A stretch of 64,000 bases of DNA from Alphaproteobacteria bacterium (GCA_965205265.1 CBDBGH010000003.1:2528001-2592000); one strand, 5' to 3'. Shown: positions 47,543-57,707, numbered from the stretch's first letter. Made by a program: numbers and translations. Notes: generated by a model not told the origin, from the letters alone.

Positions 47543-48544
47543 TCAGAGCAAACAACAGTTCCGTTTGCGCCACAGCAGGTAGCCGAAGTTCTCGCCCGCG
47601 ACCGGCAATTCGCGCAGGGATTCCCAGAGCACCGAGGACCGCCCCGTGGGGTTGCAGCCGGTAAACGGATCGACGGCCGGCACCGGCTGGGTCATCTGCC
47701 AGCGGTACTGCGACTTCTTCATCACCGGCATCGGATAGCGTCCGCAGAGCGCGCCCGAGCCCATCGTCCCCCAGGCGACCCCGGCCCGGTGCAGCCGGTA
47801 GAGCAAGCGCTGGGAGGCGAGCAGCGAGGCCTGCACCCCGCCGACATGGGCGGCGACGTTGCCGGTGAGCGGATACATCCCGCCCTGGCAGCCCGCGCAC
47901 CAGAACATGGGATCGAGCGGCAGGCCGGCCGAGGAAGCAGCGCAATCGGCGGCGCAGGCCGCCTGGGCAGGGAGGTTGGCGAACAGCGCCGCCTCCGGGT
48001 TGAGCAGGAAGGTCAGCTCGTCGTCGAGCCAGGCCGGGTCGAGCTCCGAGGCCCAGGCGATGTCGAGCCCGCCGCCCTCCAGGCAGCCGAGATCGAGCAG
48101 GACGCCGATCCAGCTCAGGAGCGGATACATGTAGTAGTGGGCATGCCAGACCGAGCCCTTGGCGCCGTCGCCGCCCGCCGCGCCGGTGCGCCCGCGCCCT
48201 GCGGGAAGGCCCGGATCGATGGTGAGGCCGCCGAGGTTGGGGAAGCACCAGGGCGCCCGCGTCGCGTCGACCAGCCGGGCCGGCTCCCAGACCCCGAGCG
48301 AGAGGCCGATGCGGGGGATCGGCGAGCCGCAGAGGCAGATCGGCGAGGACGGGTTCGGCGTGTCGAGCACGCCGGAGACGCTGCCGATCGTGATCGGCCC
48401 GATCGAGATCGGGAACAGGCACTCCCAGCAGACGTCCGAGATCGGGTTGACGAAGCGCCCGGTGCAGGACTGCGCCGAGGCCGGGGCGGCCCACAGCACG
48501 GCCAGCAGCGCCAGCGCGGCCGGAAGGGTTACGTGGCGGATCAT
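47543..48544 (-). CDS. traU: Pilus assembly protein TraU
   Basis: CTGRFVNPISDVCWECLFP, WEPARLVD, FWCAGCQG, WRKRNCC. Confidence 0.95.
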   Translation of the reverse strand: MIRHVTLPAALALLAVLWAAPASAQSCTGRFVNPISDVCWECLFPISIGPITIGSVSGVLDTPNPSSPICLCGSPIPRIGLSLGVWEPARLVDATRAPWCFPNLGGLTIDPGLPAGRGRTGAAGGDGAKGSVWHAHYYMYPLLSWIGVLLDLGCLEGGGLDIAWASELDPAWLDDELTFLLNPEAALFANLPAQAACAADCAASSAGLPLDPMFWCAGCQGGMYPLTGNVAAHVGGVQASLLASQRLLYRLHRAGVAWGTMGSGALCGRYPMPVMKKSQYRWQMTQPVPAVDPFTGCNPTGRSSVLWESLRELPVAGENFGYLLWRKRNCCLL

Positions 48545-48969
48545 GCCGGCGATTCCGGCGCGCCGCCGCCCGCCTCGGCGTCCGGCGTTTCTTCCGCCTG
48601 GCCCGGACCGCGATCCGGGCTCGCCCGGCGTCCACCCAAGATATTGACCATGCCGTGCCGGCCCGAGACGACGATCTCGGTGACCGCCCTTTCCTTCCCT
48701 TCCCGGTCGGTGAAGCCGCGCGTCGCGATCCGGCCCTCGACCATCACCCGGTCGCCCTTGCGCAGCATCTTTTCGACCGCCGCGACCGTGGGACCGTAGA
48801 CGACGATGCGATGCCATTCGGTCGCCTCGGCCGGGCGGCCGTCCCCGTCCGTCCACTTCTCGGTGGTGGCGAGCGTGAACACCGCCGCCTTGCCGCCGTT
48901 CTTCAGGTCCCGGATCTCGGGATCGCGCCCGGCATGGCCGAGCAGGGTGGCGCGGTTCATGTTCAGCAT
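48541..48969 (-). CDS. ssb: Second single-stranded DNA-binding protein, inside the tra operon
   Basis: NRATLLGHAGRDPE, TEWHRIV, VEGRIATR; no DDDIPF-like tip. Confidence 0.9.
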   Translation of the reverse strand: MLNMNRATLLGHAGRDPEIRDLKNGGKAAVFTLATTEKWTDGDGRPAEATEWHRIVVYGPTVAAVEKMLRKGDRVMVEGRIATRGFTDREGKERAVTEIVVSGRHGMVNILGGRRASPDRGPGQAEETPDAEAGGGAPESPA

Positions 48970-48972
48970 CGT

Positions 48973-49764
48973 TCAGTCCTCCTCTTCGGGGCTTGTCCGC
49001 CCGGCTCCGGGGGAGCCTGCCCCGGCCTCCGAGCCGGGTGGCCAGGCTCCCACCGATCCGGGACCATTCCCCGGATCGGTGTCCCCCGGATCGGTGTCCG
49101 GGGCAGGCGGGGCAGGCCGGTCCTCGACCGGAATCTCCGTAATCCGCAGCCGCGATCCCGTCTGTTCGACCAGACTCGGCGTGAACCCGAGGCCGAAGCG
49201 CGCGGCGAGGCGCCCGCCCTGGTCGAAGAAGAAGGGCCGGCGGTGCCGCCGCATCAGGTCGAGCGGCCGCCCGGCGAGCAGCACGATCTTCGCAGGACGC
49301 CCGCTTTCCTCTTCCCGGGCGAGCGCCCAGGCGATCTCCGCCGCGCGCCGGCCGTCGACGAACAGCAGGTCGCGGGCGAGCGTGGTGCGCTCCAGCGGGT
49401 TGACCCGCGTGCCGGCAGCGGCGATGAGCGCGCCGTCGGCCGTCCGGATATCCCGCGCGACCGTGATGGCCGGATCGAACAGGCGGCTGCGTTCTTCCCT
49501 CGCCGGCGCGATGCCGGCCACCGGGTCCGGTTCTTCCAGCTTCCTCCGGGCATTGGCGCGGGCCTCTCGTTCCAGCCGCGCCAGCTCGCCGGAGCGTTCC
49601 ATTTCGAGAAGGCGCGCCTCGATCTGCGCCAGCAGGTCGGGCTCGGCGACCGGCCAGGTCGCGCCGCGCACACCCAGGTCTTCCGCCGAGACCGGAAGCG
49701 GAGTTGCGGACGCCATCACCGCGCCGAGCGTCGTGGCGAGCAGCAAGGCAGCAGCGCGCTTCAT
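48973..49764 (-). CDS. traW: Type-F conjugative transfer protein TraW
   Basis: DLGVRGATWPVAEPDLL, FDP, GTRVNPL, FFDQGG. Confidence 0.93.
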   Translation of the reverse strand: MKRAAALLLATTLGAVMASATPLPVSAEDLGVRGATWPVAEPDLLAQIEARLLEMERSGELARLEREARANARRKLEEPDPVAGIAPAREERSRLFDPAITVARDIRTADGALIAAAGTRVNPLERTTLARDLLFVDGRRAAEIAWALAREEESGRPAKIVLLAGRPLDLMRRHRRPFFFDQGGRLAARFGLGFTPSLVEQTGSRLRITEIPVEDRPAPPAPDTDPGDTDPGNGPGSVGAWPPGSEAGAGSPGAGRTSPEEED

Positions 49765-50351
49765 GGTCTTGCCTCCGGCCCCTTGTCGTCGCCGGTGTCT
49801 TCCGGCCCGACCAACGGTCCGTTCAGTCCCAGCCAGGGAATGTCCGGCATGGCGACGGCGCGTCCGAGGATGCGGTCGCGCGGCACCAGCCCGATCTCGG
49901 CGTAGCGGCTGTCATGGCTGTCCGTGTGGTCGCCGTGCAGGTAGAAGTGTCCCGGCGGGACGATCCCGGGCGCGATCGCCGCGAGCGGCCGCCCGTCGAG
50001 CGCATGGGTCTTGGCCCGGCCCACCGGCTCGCCGTCCAGAAACACCGTTCCGTCCGTCCCGACCGCGACCGCCATGCCCGGCACGCCGCGCACTGTCTTC
50101 AGGTAGGGAACCCGGGAACCGACGGCCTCCGGCGGCTCGAACAGCACGCGGTCGCCGGGCTTCGGGTCCTCGCCGAACAGAGGGAAGGCGGCATAGCCCC
50201 AGGACCCGTCCGACCAGGAGGCGTTGACATGCACGCGCGACGCCGCGCCCAGCCAGACGGCCGCCAGCACGACCATGACGGCGAGGCCGATATGCCGGCC
50301 ACGGCGCGAACGGCCTGCCCTCGGTGAGAGTTGCAGCCCCCGCGCGCTCAT
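49761..50351 (-). CDS. S26-family conjugative signal peptidase (TrhF-like)
   Basis: VNASWS Ser region, YLKTVRGVPG, SHDSRY..IGLV. Confidence 0.88.
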   Translation of the reverse strand: MSARGLQLSPRAGRSRRGRHIGLAVMVVLAAVWLGAASRVHVNASWSDGSWGYAAFPLFGEDPKPGDRVLFEPPEAVGSRVPYLKTVRGVPGMAVAVGTDGTVFLDGEPVGRAKTHALDGRPLAAIAPGIVPPGHFYLHGDHTDSHDSRYAEIGLVPRDRILGRAVAMPDIPWLGLNGPLVGPEDTGDDKGPEARP

Positions 50352-50794
50352 CGCTCCGCTCTCCGGTCCGCGAGGATCGCCGCGAGCGCGGCCTCGACCC
50401 GGGCCGTCGCGTCGGGCGCGCCGGCGGCTACGGCGCGGGCCGGCAGCAGCACCAGGCGATGGCGCGCCGCCACCCGGTCGAGCGCCGCTTCCAGCGCCGC
50501 GCCCCAGGCGCGCACGTCCTCCGCACCCGCGCCTTCGCTTGCGGCGCGGGTGGTGTAGGCCGCCGTGATCTCGGCAAGCCGGACGCCGGCGACGCGCGGC
50601 GGCTCTTCCACTCCGTATCGGAGCGTTGCCGCCGCGACCGCAGCCGCAATCGCGCCAGAGAGCAGAACCGCCGAGACCATGACCGGCCAGCTCCCAGGCC
50701 CGTCCCCCCGGCTCGGGGGCCGGGGCAGGCTCCCCCGATCCGGGATCCGGCCCATGTCAGCCTTCGCCGGCATCAGATCCGTCCGGTCGGGCAA
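50348..50794 (-). CDS. TrbI F-type-like protein
   Basis: N-terminal TM, LEAALDRVA..LVLLPARAVAAGAPDAT; position before the peptidase and traW; start codon uncertain. Confidence 0.7.
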   Translation of the reverse strand: MPDRTDLMPAKADMGRIPDRGSLPRPPSRGDGPGSWPVMVSAVLLSGAIAAAVAAATLRYGVEEPPRVAGVRLAEITAAYTTRAASEGAGAEDVRAWGAALEAALDRVAARHRLVLLPARAVAAGAPDATARVEAALAAILADRRAER

Positions 50795-51398
50795 CCGCCG
50801 CGATGCGCCGCTGCCGCTCCTCGTCCGGCCCGGCGAGCGCCCGGAAGCGGGCGAGCCAGCCCTCGGCCGCCTTGTCCGGCGGGACCGAGCGGATGCGCCG
50901 CTTCAGCGGCGGGAAGGCGACTCCGGCGCCCGTGGGCGCGTTTCCGTCGAGCAGGTCGCGGCTCTCGGCCGCCGCCGCCATGCGGGCCACGAACCGCAAC
51001 AGCTCGGCCGGCTCCTCGTCCAGCACCGCATCGAGGCCGGCGGCCTCGCGCACCGCCGACGCGATCGCCGTCGCGAACCGCCCGGCGCGTTCGGCGGCGC
51101 GCTGCGAGTCGGGCCAGCCGCCCCGCAGCCAGGCCGACGGCGCGTCCGCGACCAGCGCGTGCAGCGCCAGCCGCCGCCGGTCCTCGTCTTCGAGCCCGTC
51201 CAGCGCCTCGACTTCCTCCGACACAATCACCGCATGGGCCGCGACCGAGTGGTAGCCGCGCATGCAGCCGCCCCGGCGGCAGGTGTTGGCCAGCACATGG
51301 GCCAGCGCCTCGAAGTCGATATCGGCAGCCGTGACATTCTCCGGGTCTGCCAGCCAGGCGAGCGGGCGTTGCCCGCCTCCGGTTGGTTTCCGCGTCAT
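50757..51398 (-). CDS. YfbR/YfdR-like HD-fold protein with degenerate active site
   Basis: IDFEALAHVLANTCR, YHSVAAH, ALHALVADAPSAW (canonical ALLHDAxEAY). Confidence 0.7.
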   Translation of the reverse strand: MTRKPTGGGQRPLAWLADPENVTAADIDFEALAHVLANTCRRGGCMRGYHSVAAHAVIVSEEVEALDGLEDEDRRRLALHALVADAPSAWLRGGWPDSQRAAERAGRFATAIASAVREAAGLDAVLDEEPAELLRFVARMAAAAESRDLLDGNAPTGAGVAFPPLKRRIRSVPPDKAAEGWLARFRALAGPDEERQRRIAAVARPDGSDAGEG

Positions 51399-54028
51399 AC
51401 GGTGTCTCCAGGTTCGGTCGTTTCGGAATGGCCGGAAGCGGGAGGCGGTGCGGCTCCCGCGAGACGGGCGCCGTCCGCGAGGGGAGCGTCCCCCGCGAGC
51501 CGGTCGATGGCCTCGACCGTGGTGAGCCCCTCGGCCTTGAGCCGCTCGACCGCCGCGAAGGCGGGACCGCGCGACGAGAACAGCGCGACCGACCAGGCGT
51601 CGAGCACCAGGCGGGCGACCCGCCAGCCGTCGGGGCCGTGCAGCACCAGCTCGGCGTAGCGGCCATCGGCCGTGGTCAGGCTCTTCAAGGCCCGCTCCAT
51701 GCCGGGATCGCAGTGGATGCGCTTCTCGGATTTCAGCAGCTCGACCGACTCGTCCTTCTGGGCGAGGAAGATCACCCAGTCCGAGTTCTCCCAGGCGGCC
51801 CTGGCGGCCGGGTTGGCGTAGTAGTCGTTGACCGACTGCGTGCCGGTGACGAGGGCGCCGCGGTATTTGCGGGCGCGCCGGGCGGCGCCTTCGAGGAACG
51901 CCTTCGAGTCCTCGCCGGAGAGCAGGTCCCAGGCCTCGTCGATGACGATCGCCTTCGCCCGCGTGCGCGGGCCGTGATACATGCGCTGGGTCGCCAGGAA
52001 GACCACCAGCATCAGCACCACCGCCTGGACGTCGCCCCTTCCCTTGAGCTCGGCGAGCTCGAACACGGTGAGCGCGTTCTCCAGGTCGGGCACGTTCGAG
52101 CCCGCGAACAGCCGGCCCATGGCGCCGCCGGGACACCAGGGGCCAAGCGAGGTCGCCATGTCGGCGGCGCGGCGGTCGTCGCGCTTCGAGAGGTGGCCCC
52201 GCACCGTGCCGAGGTCGGCGTCGTTGCCGGCCTCGTCCCAGGCCGCCGCGATCGCCTCGGCAATCAGCGCCGCCTCGATGTCGTCGATCGAGCCCCGCCG
52301 CCGCGCCATGCGGCCGATGACGCCGGCCAGCATGGCGAAGCACTCCTCGCGGTAGTCGCCGTCATGCGCCGCCGTGCCTGAGTCGATCATGGCGAAGGGG
52401 TTGAGGCAGGCCGGGTCCTTGCCGAAGGCGATGAACGCCCCCTCCAGCGCTTCGGCGGTGTGCTGGAAGGACCGCCCGTCGTCGATCACCACGGCCTCGC
52501 CGCCGGCGCCGATCAGCCCGGTCACCAGTTCCTGCATCAGCACCGACTTGCCCGAGCCGGACTTGCCGGTGACGGCGACGTTGTAGTTGCCGGCCTCGTT
52601 GGCGAAGGGCGACCAGCAGGCCGGCTGGCCCCGGCGCCCGATCAGGAACAGCGCCGGCGGGTTGTCCGGATTCGCCGGCTGCCCGCGCCACTCGCCATGC
52701 AGGGGGCTGAGGTTGACGGCCGAGGAGGTCAGCAGCGTCTTCATCCGGCCCATGCGTTCGAGGTCGGCGTCGAGACCGCCGGCCGAGGCCATCGGCAGGC
52801 AGGCCAGCCAGGAGGGCAGTTGCATGTAGCGCTCCGCGTTCACCCGCCAGCCCTGGCCGTGATAGATGGCGCGCACCGCCTGCTCGGCCTCGTCGAGCGC
52901 ATCGAGCGGGGCGTAGACGGCGGCCATGTAGCAGGCGCGGACCAGCCGCTCGCCGTCCTTCAGCCGTTCGGTCACCGTCTGCCAGTCGCGCGCCTTCTCG
53001 GGCAGGCCCGGGAGATAGCGCGCGATGCCGGTGCCGGCCTGCTGGGTCGCGCGGGCGGACTTGAGGAACGCCTTCTCGCCCGCCGCTTCGTCGCCGGTCA
53101 TGACGGTGAGGCAGGTCAGCACCGGGCAGCCGGGTTGCAGAAAATCGCGGTGGAAGTCGCCGATCAGCGCGTTGCCGCGCCAGCCCGGCCACACCTCCGG
53201 GAAGGCGATGGCCGAGAGCACGCGCACGGCGATATCCCCGGAGCCGCTGTCGCGGCCGCCGTCGGGGTGGTGGAAGGTGAGGCCGGTGGGATGGACGGTG
53301 AGCGCGCGGCCGGGCGCGGCGCATTGTTCGTGGAGGGGATCCCGCGGTGCCCAGCGCCGCGGCGGGCGCTCGGTGCCACCGTCGCGATACCCGGTAATAT
53401 CCGGCGCGGCGAGCTCGGCCGCGAGCGAGAGCAGGCCGTCCGGCTCCAGCCGCCGGGTCCGCGCCCCGGCGGAAGCCAATGTTCCTTCGAGCGCGCGGCG
53501 GAAGGCGCCCAGCGCGGTCTCCGCGGCGGGGCCGGGCGGTCCCGCCAGGCAGGCGGTGACGAACACCCGGTAGTCCGACAGCGTGAAGGGCGGCCCGCCC
53601 GCATGCAGCCGGCGCCAGCCGCCGGGCGCCAGCAGGTCGCGGCGGCGCGAACCCATCCGGGCAAGCGCCCCGTCGGTCTCCCTGCGATCTGCCCTGGACC
53701 CGATCCGGGGTTCCGCCCAGCTCCTGGCCGCCGCGCCGAAGCGCGGGCTCGCCCAGTGGATCACCTGCGCCGTGCAGCGCTCGGGCGCGGCGTCCGCCAG
53801 CGTGCCGGCAAGCGCACCCAGGGTCTCGGCGTCGATCCCCGCGAAGGGCGGCAGCTCCACGACGAACCCGGTGCTGGCCGCGTTGACGTAGAGCTCGCTC
53901 GATTCGTCCCAGGCGCGCCAGGGCAGCAGCGCATGGAGTGCGGCCGGCACCGCCGGCGGCGTCCACGCGCCCGGCGCCTCCGGCCCCTCGAAGAGCTCCA
54001 GCAGCCGGCCGAGCGCGCCCGACGCCAT
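51395..54028 (-). CDS. traC: T4SS ATPase TraC (VirB4-like, F-type)
   Basis: GNYNVAVTGKSGSGKS, IDDGRSF, IDEAWDLL, RRARKY. Confidence 0.95.
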   Translation of the reverse strand: MASGALGRLLELFEGPEAPGAWTPPAVPAALHALLPWRAWDESSELYVNAASTGFVVELPPFAGIDAETLGALAGTLADAAPERCTAQVIHWASPRFGAAARSWAEPRIGSRADRRETDGALARMGSRRRDLLAPGGWRRLHAGGPPFTLSDYRVFVTACLAGPPGPAAETALGAFRRALEGTLASAGARTRRLEPDGLLSLAAELAAPDITGYRDGGTERPPRRWAPRDPLHEQCAAPGRALTVHPTGLTFHHPDGGRDSGSGDIAVRVLSAIAFPEVWPGWRGNALIGDFHRDFLQPGCPVLTCLTVMTGDEAAGEKAFLKSARATQQAGTGIARYLPGLPEKARDWQTVTERLKDGERLVRACYMAAVYAPLDALDEAEQAVRAIYHGQGWRVNAERYMQLPSWLACLPMASAGGLDADLERMGRMKTLLTSSAVNLSPLHGEWRGQPANPDNPPALFLIGRRGQPACWSPFANEAGNYNVAVTGKSGSGKSVLMQELVTGLIGAGGEAVVIDDGRSFQHTAEALEGAFIAFGKDPACLNPFAMIDSGTAAHDGDYREECFAMLAGVIGRMARRRGSIDDIEAALIAEAIAAAWDEAGNDADLGTVRGHLSKRDDRRAADMATSLGPWCPGGAMGRLFAGSNVPDLENALTVFELAELKGRGDVQAVVLMLVVFLATQRMYHGPRTRAKAIVIDEAWDLLSGEDSKAFLEGAARRARKYRGALVTGTQSVNDYYANPAARAAWENSDWVIFLAQKDESVELLKSEKRIHCDPGMERALKSLTTADGRYAELVLHGPDGWRVARLVLDAWSVALFSSRGPAFAAVERLKAEGLTTVEAIDRLAGDAPLADGARLAGAAPPPASGHSETTEPGDTV

Positions 54029-54711
54029 CAGCGGAGCCTCCAGCCGGCGGGCTCCAGCACGACCCGGACGTGGCTGGCCTCGCGGTAGACGCCTTCGGCA
54101 TCGACGAAGGGCGCGATCCAGATGCGCGCGACGATCTCGTCGGTGCGCAGATCGTCCTCGGCGAGGTCGCCCGCGACGGGATCGTCCTGCTCCGGGTCGG
54201 GATCGGCCGGGAGGGCGCCGGCCGGATTCTCGGACCGGGACTTCTGCTTCCCGGGGAACTGCATGGACGTCGCCGCATCGGCGTCTCGAACCGCACTCCC
54301 GGAGGCCGAACGGCGCTCCTCCGGGGAACCCGCCGGTGCCGCCGCGGTCGTGTCCGACCCGGCGCCGTCGTCGTCATCCGCGCCATCGGCTCCGCCGAAC
54401 AGCCGTGCGAGCCAGCCGAAGGGATCGAACCCGGCGCCGCACGTCGCCGCGCAACCCGGCTCAGGTGGCGTCTCTGCCGCGGTGGCCCGCACCCGCCAGA
54501 GCGGCTCCTTCAGGACCGCGTTCCGGGCCGCGTCCGGGTCCGGCACCGCCGGATCGGCCGCCGCCACGCTGTCGCAGGTGCCGCCTTCTGCCAGCGGGCA
54601 CTGCCAGGATTCGCCGACATGCCCCGACGAGCAGCCGGCCAGCAGGAGCGCGGCGAACATTGCAACCGGGAGCGGCGCAGTGCGCCGGGCGCGTTTCGTG
54701 TCATGCGTCAT
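54028..54711 (-). CDS. traV: Lipoprotein TraV
   Basis: Lipobox LLAGC, WQC....GTC, LRTDE..ARIWIAPFVDAEG. Confidence 0.9.
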   Translation of the reverse strand: MTHDTKRARRTAPLPVAMFAALLLAGCSSGHVGESWQCPLAEGGTCDSVAAADPAVPDPDAARNAVLKEPLWRVRATAAETPPEPGCAATCGAGFDPFGWLARLFGGADGADDDDGAGSDTTAAAPAGSPEERRSASGSAVRDADAATSMQFPGKQKSRSENPAGALPADPDPEQDDPVAGDLAEDDLRTDEIVARIWIAPFVDAEGVYREASHVRVVLEPAGWRLR

Positions 54712-54712
54712 G

Positions 54713-56026
54713 TCACTGTCCTTTCTGCGCGGTGCGGACCGGCGCGCGACCGTCGATGCGGGCGCCTTCGAGGAACACCAGCGTCACCTTCGTGCCGGCC
54801 TGGAGCTGGATCACCGGCTGGTACTGCTCGGCCCGGCGGATCATGTAGTCGGCGACCTTCTGACCGGCGGTCGACGCACCCGCCCCGAGGCCGGCCCGGC
54901 CAATGTCGGAGAGCGCGGTGTTGGCGACCGCGGCGCCCGAACCGGTCGCGACCGCCTGGGGCTGGAACGCCTGCGCGACGCCCTGGCCGATGCCGGAGAT
55001 CATGCCGGCGAGGAACGCCTTCTCGACCAGCGCGCCTTCGCGGCTCACCACCGGACCGCGCACGCCGGTCTTGCCGGAACCGGCGACGAAGCCCGCGACG
55101 TCGGTCTCGATCACCGTGCCGGACTCCGGTCCGGCGCAGGTCATGGTGCGGAAGCGGACATAGACCTTCTCCGAAGAGAGGTCGCCATGGGCGGCGCCCG
55201 TGACGGTGCAGCCGTCGACGTCGACAGCCAAGGCGGTCCCCTCCTCGGCCGCCGTCCAGGCGGGTCCCGTGATGCGCAGCAGCACCGGGCGGGGATCGCC
55301 CTGGGACGAGACCCCGGCCGAGGCGTCGACGCCCGCCAGCACCACGGCCTCGGCGTGGGCGCCCGCCGGCAGCCACACCGAGACCGGCTTGGCGACGGCG
55401 TCGGCGACCAGCTCCGGTCCGCTGCGGGGATCGGCCAACGACGATTGCGGCGCACCTTCCAGCTCGAAGGTCTCGATCATGCGTCCCGGCAGGGCCTGCC
55501 CCGGCCCCCGAGCCGGGGGCGCCTCCGGTTGCGCCTGTCCCCGGAACCAGGGGTCGTTCCCCGGCGCAGCGCCTGCCGCATTGCCCGGGGAGGCGGGCGG
55601 CTGGAGCCGGCGCTCCAGCTCGTCGATCACGGCCGCCTGGCGGTCGATCGTGCGGCGCGCGTCGACGCCGTCCTGCTCCAGCTTCGCGCGCAGCCGCTCG
55701 TTGTCGGCGCGCAGCGTCCGCGCGTCCTGCCGCAGCTCGCGAAGCTGCGTCTCGATCCCGCCGAGCCGGGCCTCGGAGCGCCGGGTCCAGACCTGCTCGG
55801 CGGCGTCCGGCCCGGCGATCTCCGCCTCGATGCCGCCCTGCGGCGCGCGCTCCTTGCCGCCGCCCATGCCGAGCCACGCGGCCACCGCGACCAGGAACAC
55901 CGCCCCAATGACCGAAAACAGCAACAGCTGGCGCCGCCGCACCGCCCCGGCGTCGCCGCCCGCCCCGGCCCACGACCTGTCCGGGCCCCCGGGCCGGGAG
56001 CCGGAGGCGTCCGCACGGGCGCTCAT
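54713..56026 (-). CDS. traB: Pilus assembly protein TraB
   Basis: TM plus coiled coil, LAGVDA, GDLSSEK, GVRGPVVSREG, RAEQYQPVI. Confidence 0.93.
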   Translation of the reverse strand: MSARADASGSRPGGPDRSWAGAGGDAGAVRRRQLLLFSVIGAVFLVAVAAWLGMGGGKERAPQGGIEAEIAGPDAAEQVWTRRSEARLGGIETQLRELRQDARTLRADNERLRAKLEQDGVDARRTIDRQAAVIDELERRLQPPASPGNAAGAAPGNDPWFRGQAQPEAPPARGPGQALPGRMIETFELEGAPQSSLADPRSGPELVADAVAKPVSVWLPAGAHAEAVVLAGVDASAGVSSQGDPRPVLLRITGPAWTAAEEGTALAVDVDGCTVTGAAHGDLSSEKVYVRFRTMTCAGPESGTVIETDVAGFVAGSGKTGVRGPVVSREGALVEKAFLAGMISGIGQGVAQAFQPQAVATGSGAAVANTALSDIGRAGLGAGASTAGQKVADYMIRRAEQYQPVIQLQAGTKVTLVFLEGARIDGRAPVRTAQKGQ

Positions 56027-56817
56027 CGCGGCTCTCCCGCGGCGCTTTCCACGACCGCCACCGCGAGCCGTCCGCCCGACGGGCCGGTGCCGGGCGGCGC
56101 CAGCCACAGGGCGGCGAGACGGGCGCCGTCTCCGATGCGCCCGGCGTCCAGGGTCTCTTCGATGGTCCCGGCGAGGCCCGCGGCTGTGTCCGCATCTTCC
56201 GATGCCGAACCGGCGGCCTCGAAGACGAGCGCCGCGAAGCGCGGGCCCCGCCAGGTCTCGATGAGTGTCAAGCCGCCGACGGACAGGCCGTGCCGGGCCT
56301 CGATGCCGTAGCCGGGCAGCGGCTCGCGCCGGGCGACGGCGCGCACCAGCCGCACCAGCGCCGCGACGTGAGGACTGCCGGCGGCGGACGGCGACCCGAT
56401 GGCGCTGTCCGGCAGGGCCCCGGCGTTGCGGATCAGGATCTGCGCCGAGTCCCGGTCCGCCGGCGTCAGCGTCAGCCGGTAGGTGAACCCCTTCTCCGTG
56501 CCGATGAACAGGGTGACGGGATCCCCCGCCGCGTGTCCTGCCGCCGCCGGAACCGAGGGCCGCAGATAGAGGTCGCCCGACCGGGCGTCGTGCTCGACCG
56601 AGAAGCCGTCCGGCGCGCGAACCACCGTCGCGATCCGGTCGCCGGCCAGCGCGATGCGGTTCACATGCGTCGCGGAGATCTCCGCCGCGATCTCGCCATG
56701 GTCGGCCGCGTCGAGGATCTGCATCGCCAGCGCCGGAGCCGGCGCCGCGAGGCCGCCCAGGACCAGAATGTGCAGGGCAAGCAGCATCGCGCGCGGGCGC
56801 GATCCGATAATCGTCAT
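56023..56817 (-). CDS. traK: Secretin-like protein TraK
   Basis: NRIALAGDRI, GDLYLRP, TLFIGTEKGFTY; position between traE and traB. Confidence 0.85.
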   Translation of the reverse strand: MTIIGSRPRAMLLALHILVLGGLAAPAPALAMQILDAADHGEIAAEISATHVNRIALAGDRIATVVRAPDGFSVEHDARSGDLYLRPSVPAAAGHAAGDPVTLFIGTEKGFTYRLTLTPADRDSAQILIRNAGALPDSAIGSPSAAGSPHVAALVRLVRAVARREPLPGYGIEARHGLSVGGLTLIETWRGPRFAALVFEAAGSASEDADTAAGLAGTIEETLDAGRIGDGARLAALWLAPPGTGPSGGRLAVAVVESAAGEPR

Positions 56818-57386
56818 TTTCCACTCTCCAGTTGTTCGAAGCGCAGGAGACCGATGCGCCCGGCGTCGATCCGGAAGACCAGCCGGTAGCGCCGGTCCTC
56901 GCGCGAGGACTCCTCGCGGCCGATCCAGGTCACGAGCTCACCCGCGATCTCGGCGCTGAGCCGCCCGGGGTCGGCCTCGATCTCCAGGGGGTAGAAGGCG
57001 CTCGCCATGTCGCGCCCGGCCAGGCGCGCGGCCTCGGCCTCGACCCAGGCGCCGATCGCGCCGCGCGCCGAGGCGTGGGCGAGACGCGCCGCCGCGAGGC
57101 GGACATGGGCCGCGTTCTCCGGGGTCAGCGTGAGCAGCGTCACCGCGACGGTGCGCGCCATGTCTTCGAGATACCGGGCGCCTGCCCGGTCGATGCCGAC
57201 TCCGCCGGCGCCCACTTCCCAGGCCGGACCGGCCGCCGCCGGCACCAGCACGGTGACGGTCTCGCGCCCGGCGAAGCTCATGGTGAGCGCCAGGTTCGCG
57301 GTCATCGACAGCACCAGCAGCGCCGCCAGGGCGAGGCGGACGTCCCGCACCCGGCGGATGGCGGAGTCCAGTTCGATGCGCTTCAT
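56814..57386 (-). CDS. traE: Pilus assembly protein TraE
   Basis: N-terminal TM, YLEDMA...LLTLTPEN, SAFYP, GELVTWIG. Confidence 0.88.
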   Translation of the reverse strand: MKRIELDSAIRRVRDVRLALAALLVLSMTANLALTMSFAGRETVTVLVPAAAGPAWEVGAGGVGIDRAGARYLEDMARTVAVTLLTLTPENAAHVRLAAARLAHASARGAIGAWVEAEAARLAGRDMASAFYPLEIEADPGRLSAEIAGELVTWIGREESSREDRRYRLVFRIDAGRIGLLRFEQLESGK

Positions 57387-57396
57387 GCCACCCCCC

Positions 57397-57690
57397 TCAG
57401 CCGACGAAGCGCCGGAGGTGGCTCGGCGGCGTCGCCCTGAGCCGCAGCACGAAGTCCGGCAGGAACCAGTAGAGGGCGTAGCGCGCGATGTTGGCCCCGC
57501 CGCCGCGCTTGACCCGGCGCAGCAGCAGCCAGCCGCCGACGCCGGCAACGAGGCCGGGCACGAACTGGTTGGCCGCGAGTCCGAGCAGGGCCGGGCCCAT
57601 CAACGCGGCCGCCTCGTCGACGGTCCAGAACATCCAGCGCTCCGGATCGTCGAGCCGGCGCGGGATGGTGTGGCGGGCGGTGTCGTTCAT
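57397..57690 (-). CDS. traL: Pilus assembly protein TraL
   Basis: IPRRLDDPERWMFWTVDE, LYWFLP, TPPS. Confidence 0.93.
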   Translation of the reverse strand: MNDTARHTIPRRLDDPERWMFWTVDEAAALMGPALLGLAANQFVPGLVAGVGGWLLLRRVKRGGGANIARYALYWFLPDFVLRLRATPPSHLRRFVG

Positions 57691-57707
57691 GGCTGCCGAC
57701 CTTCGGC

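Noticed and set aside
47500-47545. AT-rich patch between traU and trbC as a dif-like site
   Set aside because: Does not match the XerC/XerD arm pattern; could be an internal promoter but is unsupported
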